From NCBI GenBank assembly GCA_965112735.1, contig OZ218960.1, forward strand, positions 3,038,001 through 3,102,000: a DNA stretch of 64,000 nucleotides. Direction: 5' to 3'. This document shows, in pieces, positions 35,110-64,000 of the stretch. Numbering within the stretch: the stretch's first letter is position 1; every line of letters begins with the position of its first letter. The notes beneath the pieces are model-generated. The model saw only the letters and a program-made list of their open reading frames with translations, searched no databases and had not been told where the DNA came from. Position numbers and translations under genes: made by a program. Source of the stretch: Phaeosaccion multiseriatum. Taxonomy: Eukaryota > Protista > Ochrophyta, other classes.

Positions 35110-35493
35110 CGGATACTCCCCCCCCCCCTTTTTCAAGTTATACCACTCTGCTGTGGCCAAAAGCCACCCCCCTGCTACACCCACAGAAGCGAAAGAGAGT
35201 GCTTAGCTGTTGTTCTTGGTGCGAATGCCCTAGCGTTATGTTCTTTGAGCTGCTTGACAAACAACAAAAAGGTTGGCAGTTTGGGTTAGGAGAAGGGGCC
35301 CTGTCCCATGCAATAGGTCTTCTCGTTCCTTGACTTATTCTTAACCCCCAGTCTATCTTCTACGACTTGTTTTTACCCCTTTCTCGAGTACCCCCTTTTC
35401 TTTCTCCTCTTTTTCTTCCACCAACCTTGGCGGTGGTTGGAGGAGGGGCACGTCCCTCTCGATTTGATTACAGTACTCTTATCGCTGGGGGAG

Positions 35494-36774
35494 ATGGGGA
35501 ATACTAGCAGCTCTACCAGTGTGGAGCGGCCAGAGTACCCGCTCCGGGTGCAAGGCAACCAAGGGACACGAGCGCCCTCGACGGGGCCGACAATAGATGT
35601 TGAAGCCATCACGGCCACTGATGAAGGAGGAGGACGGGGAGGAGAAAGAGTAGGGGCAGGAGGAGGAGAAGGAGGAGGAGGAGCAGGAGGAGAAGGAGGA
35701 GGAGGAGGAGGAGGAGGAGGAGGAGGAGGAGGAGGAGGAGGAGGAGGAGGAGAAGGAGGAGGACAAGGAGGAGGAGGACAAGGAGGAGGAAGCGGGGGAG
35801 GACGAGGGGGGGGGGGGGCAGGAGGAGGAGGACAGGGAGGAAGAGGACGGGGGGTGGAGGTATCTCAGCCTCGAGGAGGAGGGGCCCGGAGGGAATCGAG
35901 GCGCCTGAGCTTGAGAGGCCTCCAACGCAGAGGGAGCAGCAGCAGCGCCAGTACCACACAGGGTCCTCCGCCTCCCCCCACGGGGAGTGTACTGGGCAGG
36001 CTGGCAGATCTCACTCGTCGTGGGAGCACCACCCGCAACAACAGGACGAGGAGTAGGAACAGGACCAGCAACAGTAACCGTCACGGTAACAGCAACGACG
36101 TCCGTCCCGTGAGGCGACAAAGCTCCTTGCTGAGCAGGCTGAGGACAAGAGGGGGGGCGGCAGGCCCGCTCTCCGGATCCTCCGAGTCTGCCCCGCGTGC
36201 CAGGGCGGCGGCACAGGGGAGGGGCGAACGGGGGGCGCCGGCACTGGCATGGACTACTTTCCGAGGAGATTCCGACGACCCATGGACGCACCACTGGACG
36301 CTGGAAGGGCCTGAGGACTACTCCTTCGGTGCTGCTGATGCGCAGGACGAGCGTTTGTTCGAGATGGCACGCGGGGGAGGGGGGATCTCTGCTGGGAGCG
36401 GGGCGGGGGGCATGGGCAGACGGAGGGGGGTGGCAGGGACGAGAGGAGGACTTGCGAGTCCAGGAGGAGCAAGAGGAGCAGCAGTAGCAGCAGCAACAGC
36501 AACAGCAGGAGCAGGAGGACGAGGAGGAGGAGGAGGAGGAGGAGGAGGAGGAGGAGGAGGATCGAGAGAAGCAGCAGCAGGAGGAGGAGGAGGAGGAGGG
36601 GGGGGGGAGAGGAATGAAAATGGCTGGAGTGAGCATGTGCGCATGCTGCAGCTGATAGAGGCTCAGCTAGTGCAGCTCGAGAGCCTGCTGCCGCCGCCGC
36701 AACAGGTTCTCGAGCCCGGCCATGGCACCACCACCACCACTGACAACAACAACAACAACAACAACACGACGACC

Positions 36775-36856
<82 letters not shown>

Positions 36857-36885
36857 GCAACAACAACAACAACAACAACAACAAT

Positions 36886-36970
<85 letters not shown>

Positions 36971-36972
36971 GC

Positions 36973-37033
<61 letters not shown>

Positions 37034-38857
37034 GCAGCAGCAGCAGCAGTAGCAGTAGCACCAACACCAGCCCTCTTTCCGCCCGTCAAAGGCGGCGCTC
37101 CGCCCCCCCCCTCCTCATCTCTCCTGATGCTGCGAGCGTTCGAACCCCCCCGGCATCGAGTCCAAGGCGAGGCCAGGGGCTGGGGCTTGATAGATCCGTC
37201 ATGAACACGTACCCCACGCATCACGCATCCTCCTCGCCGTGTCCCCACTGCGCGGCCGCATACCGGCCTTGGGGGGAGGCCTATGGGCAGCCGGAAGGGG
37301 GTGCGTTTGAGTGTACGTGCACCCCTGTCTTCGGGTAAGTGGAAGGGAAGGATTGAGAAAATGGATGGATGGAGTGGTGTGGTGTGGTGGGGCGATGGTA
37401 TTGTGTCTGGGGCCGTGCCGGTGCCCGTCCTGTTTCAGTGTCAGTTTCTGCTTCAGACTAGTTCTTTTGTTCTTTTGCTTTCCTTAGGACGGGACGGCAG
37501 CAGACGATGTATGGTCTTACACGTCTTGATCTCCTTCTCTGCCTCACGTTGCTGTACTCGCGTTTGTGTGTATTTCCTCCTCTCCTCCTCCTCCTCCTCC
37601 TCCTCCTCCTCCTCCTCCTCCTCCTCCTCCTCCTCCTCCTCCTCCTCCTCCTCCTCCTCCTCCTCCTCCTCCTCCTCCTCCTCCTCCTCCTCCCTCCACC
37701 CCCCCCCCACCCCTGCATTCACCACCACCTGCTCCTCCCTCCCTCACTCCCTCAGTGCCGAGCCGTCAGACCAACACCCACACCAGGCCCCTCCGGTAAC
37801 GGTCATGATTTGTTGCGACTGTCGGCGAGTGGCCATGGCTCGAGTAGCGCCCCACAGCATGACCTTCCTCTGCTGCGGCTCAAGAATGGCCTCCAGGGCG
37901 TCCATCAGAGAGCTCCTCAGTAGGGGAGGGGGGATGGCAGCGGATGGGCAAGCGCAGGGAGGAGGAGGAGGGGCGGTAGGAGGAGAAGCGCTGAGAGCAA
38001 CGGCGTCTGAGGTCGGGGGAGGGGGAAGAGACGGCGGCGGCGGCGGAGGAGGAGGAGGAGGAGGGGGGGGGGGGAGGAGGAGGTCGAAGTAGAGGAGAGG
38101 AGGACAGGGAAGGCGCAGCGAGGCTGAGGAGACTGCGGCTTCGACTTGACCTTGAGGAGGACGACAACGATGGTGACAATCACGCTGCTGTTGCTGCTGC
38201 TGCTGCCGCTGCTGCTGCTGCTGCCGTTGCTGCGCTATCCTCGACTCGGCGTCCTGGCACGCGTCCTGACACCCCGATCGACATGGATAGTAGGGTCATG
38301 TGGCGCGGACTGGCCTCTCGGGGCTCCGCTGCGGCATCTGCAGGGTCAGGAAGTGGGCAGCGCTTGGGTGGGGCGTCCAGGTCGGAGATTTCTATGCTGC
38401 CCATCATCAAGTTCACAAAACCCAAGGGGGTGGCGTACATGGTGAGTGAGGGAGGGAGGGAGGGAGGGAGGGAGGGACGGAGGGAGGGAGGGAGGGAGGG
38501 AGGGAGGGAGGGACGGAGGGAGGGACGGAGGGAGGGAGGGACGGAGGGAGGGACGGAGGGAGGGAAGGAGGGAGGGACGGAGGGAGGGAAGGAGGGAGGG
38601 ACGGAGGGAGAGGGAGTCGAGGAGGGTTGAGGGGAAGGGAGAGGGAGGTGAGTGATGGCGTGAGGAAGGCAGAGGAGGGAGCGCAGCGGTGGAAAGGGAA
38701 GGAAGAAACGAAGGAGGGGAACCAGGGAAAGAGAGGAATGGAAAGAAGGGACGGGAGAGCAAAGGCGAGGAAGGACGCAAGCATCTTTGTTCGACTCCAT
38801 CCCAACAGTGCGAATGGTTTCGTCACGCGATTCGCAGGTCGTTTCCTACCTCCCACC

Positions 38858-38904
<47 letters not shown>

Positions 38905-39627
38905 TAACTGAACTGTCCTCCTTCCCCGCTTCCCTCCTCACACTTCCTCCTCCTCCTGCCCCCTCCTGCAACAAATATTTCACTCTGCATCTACCTGCAG
39001 CACCATCATCACACTTCGGCGGACAACTCATCTCTGAAAGCACCTTTCTCTTCTGAAGGGCTAAGCTCGAAGACATGCTGCGCAGCGGACGAGTCGTCCT
39101 CCTTGTCATTATCATCGGCTTTGCCGCAGGGCAAGGCGACGGCAGCGGCAGCAGTTGTATCAGTGGGGGCGGAGGCTGCAGAGGCAGGGGCGGGGGTAGG
39201 GGCATCGAAGAGCAGGCTCCTGAGCCTCCCTGCCGAAACCGCCGAAACCGCCGAAACCGCCGAAACCGCCGAGACCGCCGAAACCCGACTACTGCTGCTT
39301 CGGCAGGGCGCGGAAGAATCAGGGCTCGAATTGAAGAAGAGACCCTGCTTGGAGCAGCCGGAGCCGAAGTCAGAGAAGCAGCAGCCGCCGCAGCAGTTGG
39401 TGATACAGCAGGAGCTGCAGGAGCAGGAGCTGGTGATCCAGCAGGCGGAGCAGCACTCGGCGGAAGATGAAGGCCGATTGTCGTGTGGTATCTGTCTGTG
39501 TGAGTACGAAGACGGGGACGAGCTGCGGCTGCTACCGTGCTTCCACAGGGGCCATGTCGAATGCTTTGACCAGTGGCTCGCCAGCAATGCTTCATGTCCC
39601 GTGTGCAGGTTCACGGCTTTGGTTTGA
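35494..39627 (+). CDS. RING-H2 E3 ubiquitin ligase with putative N-myristoylation site; apparent 1-nt frameshift in the G-run at 38063-38074
   Basis: Exons: 35494-37334, 37756-38441, 39001-39627. N-terminus MGNTSS. GASRSEISMLPIIKF pre-RING motif. RING-H2: CGICLCEYEDGDELRLLPCFHRGHVECFDQWLASNASCPVC. Confidence 0.78.
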
Positions 39628-41192
39628 TGATTGATGTTTGGTTTGGACGGCCCTCCTCAGTGCAGTTGGTTTGATGGGTTTGGATTGGTTGAGGTTATGT
39701 GCGACTCGGATTTGTTTTGTTCTTTCTTTCCATGTTTTAGGTATGTTTGACGACTTCGGTTCTCCATTGATTGACCAGTTTTCGTTTGATTGATTGGCCA
39801 GTTAGCAGTTCAGCTAATTTGATGGTTGGATGGGACCCTTACAAACTGGCTTGGGCTGGCTTGGGTTCTCACATTGTCCTTATCGCACTTCTGTCTATGT
39901 GTATGTGTTCTTAGTGCCTATGTATGTATGCAGGGTTAGCTCTTTGAGGGGAGTAGTAAACCAGTAGTAGCGCGGTGTTCAATTAAGTTAATGGATAAAC
40001 CTTGCTCGTCATTCAAGGAAGCATGTGCACATGCATGCACGTGTGCCTCCTCTGGACAGGGGCAGGCCAGTGGGCATGGGCAGCTGGACAGGAGCGAGAG
40101 TGCATCAAGTGAACACTTGGCACAGCCCTCAGCCGCACCCGCTGCTCGTGGTGGTGCTCACGCCGACTTGCTCGTGGGGTTGCTGGCTTATATGGCGACA
40201 ACCCTGAAACTGAAACTGAGCATGAAACCGCGAAAAGGTTGCCTCAGTGACCCTCCAGCTCCGCTTCCCCAATATCGATGTCACCCATCCATCCCCCCTC
40301 GCCTGCTACTATGGACTCGATCCACCTTGATGGTCCCAAGGACGAATGGGAAGAGCTGAGAAACTGGCATCAGTGTCAGCTCCAAGCCAGCCCCAAGTCA
40401 GTACTTGGTGTCAGTCAGCCCGTGTCGGAGCGGCCGAGTGAGTCCGAGAGCCATCGTGGGGAGGTTCTCCGTTCCTCACAGAAGAGAAACTGAAACTAAC
40501 CCTCGCGTGTGCGTGCGTGCGTGCATGAGTGCGTGCGTCGCCCCTCTGCGGCAAAATACAAAATACACTCATCACCGCACTGCCGAGGCACGGACCGGCT
40601 GATTTCCCACCGGAGAAGCTTAAGGATGGCAGCAAAAGACACCCGCCAAGGCCCTTCCAACACGTCAAAGTCTTCTCCTCCGAGGCAGGCCGGCAGCGGT
40701 GCATGGAAGGCAGTGGAAAGCAGTGGATGGCAGTGGATGGTCCATGACAAGTGGTCCGTGCTGTGGGCGGTGCACAGAGGCCCATGTGGTCCATCACCAA
40801 GCAAGCACTGACGGCGCGGTGGGTGGTGCGTCGAGCTCCCGTTGACTTACTTGACCAACAATTGCCGTCCTCCCTCCCTCCCTCCCTCCCTCCCTCCCTC
40901 CCTCCCTCCCTCCCTCCCGCTGAAGCCCAGTCTCTCTCCATCAAGTGCACCGGAGAGAGAAGACGTCGCGTCGTCCGTGTACGTCGCAGAGAGAGGCAAT
41001 AAACCGAAGGCCGTTACGCCATCTCCCTCCGCGACCAAGTGAAGGCCACGCCCTCTGCCAGCTCGTCCTCCTTCAGATAAGAAACGCCAGCTCCGACCCC
41101 TTCACCGAGAGGGAACATGCATACATACCCCGTATCAAGAGGCCATTTCCATACATACCCACGCCCATCGCCGTGCCATACCCCATGCCCCT

Positions 41193-42539
41193 TTAGGTGA
41201 CCTCCTTGACGACTTTTCTCTTACGCTCCCCCACGTAGGGCAGGGCGCCCTTCTTGGAGTGTTTCTTGACGTTGTCCCTCTTGCGCCGCACCTTCTCATC
41301 CTGCACCTTCTCCAGATACTTGGCCTTCTTGATCGCCTTGGGCACGTGTTGGTGCTTCGCAATCTTGCGCACCTCGGGCATGTGAGCGTAGCGCTTCTTG
41401 AGTCCCTCTCTGTACACAGAGGCCCGCCTCTCCCTCGGGATGATGGAGCCAAGCTTCTCGCTCGCCTTGGCCTTCCACACGCGGAGGTTGGTTTCGTCGC
41501 TCCCACACACCACAAAGCGGGCATCCGCGCTGAAATTGACACAGAAGATGCGCTGCATTCGCTTGCTGTGGTACACGTCTCTGCTCCTCCCCGAGCGGTG
41601 CGAAAAGAGCCTGACCGAGCGGTCGTAGCTACCGCTGACGAACTCCTGCCCCGTGGGGGAGAAGGCCACGTCCATGACCGCACTGACGTGGTCCTTGTGG
41701 ATCATGAGGCTCTGGCTGAGGTTGCGCATGTCGAAGGTGTACAAGTTGTGATCCTCGTTGGCGACGACGAAGTTCATGGGTTCCTGCGGGTTCCACACGG
41801 CCTTGTTGGAGCGCATCTGCAAAATCACCTTCCTGAGAGGACTGGCCTGCCGCGTGTCGTACAAGCAGATGTTGCGATCGGACCCCGTGCTCACCAGCAG
41901 GCCCCTCTCCGCCGGGTTGAACTGCACGCAATTCACAGTGTCCGCGCCCCAATCGAACTTGAGCGTGGGCTGCGCGCGATGCTCATCCCACACCTGCACA
42001 CCGTTGCCTGCCGTGGCGAACTGCGGGTCTGCGTAGTGGTGGTGCAGGGCCTTGAAGCCGCCCGTCTTGCCTCGCCAGACGTTCATAGGCGGCGCTGCGT
42101 CGTGGCCCTTCCCGCTGCCCACAGACAGGTCCCACTGCTTCACCACCCCGTCATCCCCCGCCGAGAAGAAGCTGTACCCGTCGGGCGCCACCGTCAGCCC
42201 ACGCACAAAGCCCTGGTGGGCGGCCACGCTCCATACAGTCTTGCGAGTCCCCATGTCCCACACCCGCACCTCCCCGTCACATGCCCCGGAGATGAACTGC
42301 ACCAGGCTTTGGCTGCTGGTGGTGGAGCAGAACACGCCATCCGTGTGGCCGTCCAGCTGACCCACCAGCGGCTTGGCGAAGATCTTGTCCATCTTCACGG
42401 CCGTGAGCGCCCGTGTGTACTCCCTCGCCTTCTCAAAGGGGTGCACGGCCGGATCCATGTTGCGGTGCACCTTCAGGCGATCGCCCTTGCAGTCCTTTGT
42501 GTAGTCGCCCTCCAGCCGGCTGATCGTCTTCAGCTTCAT
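41193..42539 (-). CDS. DCAF13: DDB1- and CUL4-associated factor 13 / Sof1 (U3 snoRNP WD40 protein), intronless, 448 aa
   Basis: MKLKTISR.., HPFEKAREYTRALTAVKMDKIFAKPL, WD40 repeats, YHSKRMQR, GSDETNLRVWKAKASEKLG, C-terminal Sof1 domain. Confidence 0.97.
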   Translation of the reverse strand: MKLKTISRLEGDYTKDCKGDRLKVHRNMDPAVHPFEKAREYTRALTAVKMDKIFAKPLVGQLDGHTDGVFCSTTSSQSLVQFISGACDGEVRVWDMGTRKTVWSVAAHQGFVRGLTVAPDGYSFFSAGDDGVVKQWDLSVGSGKGHDAAPPMNVWRGKTGGFKALHHHYADPQFATAGNGVQVWDEHRAQPTLKFDWGADTVNCVQFNPAERGLLVSTGSDRNICLYDTRQASPLRKVILQMRSNKAVWNPQEPMNFVVANEDHNLYTFDMRNLSQSLMIHKDHVSAVMDVAFSPTGQEFVSGSYDRSVRLFSHRSGRSRDVYHSKRMQRIFCVNFSADARFVVCGSDETNLRVWKAKASEKLGSIIPRERRASVYREGLKKRYAHMPEVRKIAKHQHVPKAIKKAKYLEKVQDEKVRRKRDNVKKHSKKGALPYVGERKRKVVKEVT

Positions 42540-42791
42540 CCTGCCACTACCCTACCCTACTGGACAAAAAGCTCCACCCCTCTCTCCCTCCTCTTGCCCA
42601 TATGATTCTACATCATCATGGAAGCATACGCCACGCCGGCATCCAAATCCGTTAAAATCTTTGTAAACGCTGCGAGGAAGAGAGAGAGAGAGCGAGAGTC
42701 TGCTTGTGCTTCTCTCGGCTGGCACTGCCTCTGAAGCTCCTTCGGGAGTGGCAGCAGTAGCAGCAGCAGCAGGAGCTGTGCTGCTTGCGCC
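42540..42791. promoter_or_regulatory. Probable bidirectional promoter between DCAF13 and DYNC2H1
   Basis: Only 252 bp separate the two divergent start codons. No specific promoter element was identified. Confidence 0.55.
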
Positions 42792-63785
<20,994 letters not shown>

Positions 63786-64000
63786 GTATGTCAATGAATG
63801 GGGAGGAGAAGGGAAGGGAGGGGAGGGGAGGGGAGGGGAGGGGAGGGGAGGGGAGGGGAGGGGATGGGATGGGAGGGGAGGGGAGGGGAGGGGAGGGGAG
63901 GGGAGGGGAGGGGAGGGGAGGGGAGGGGAGGGGAGGGGAGGGGAGGGGAGGGGAGGGGAGGGGAGGGGAGGGGAGGAGGAGGAGGAGTCAGAGACTTGGG

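Overview
This is intron-rich, GC-rich eukaryotic nuclear DNA from a flagellated protist. It encodes cytoplasmic dynein-2 heavy chain; a stramenopile/ochrophyte host is plausible but is my inference. Nine protein-coding genes were reconstructed by hand from phase-consistent GT/GC-AG splicing: the 3' end of mnmA/TRMU (+), a 19-exon TMC channel-like gene (-), a 14-exon armadillo-repeat-like gene (+), an 8-exon cytosolic sulfotransferase (-), a secreted Ser/Gly- and Tyr/His-rich precursor with four RXL motifs (-), a MYND-like zinc-finger protein with a 3x repeated unknown domain (-), a RING-H2 E3 ligase (+), intronless DCAF13/SOF1 (-) and the first 39 exons of DYNC2H1 (+). Most ORF-track entries are microsatellite artefacts. 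Four signals stand out: (i) an oriented intron grammar, in which several motifs sit in the G-rich sense near donors and as reverse complements near acceptors, flipping with gene strand; (ii) the RXL precursor, which resembles diatom silaffin/cingulin architecture; (iii) diverged copies of exon pieces inside neighbouring introns; (iv) the novel repeated domain. No rRNA, tRNA, CRISPR or autonomous transposon was recognised.
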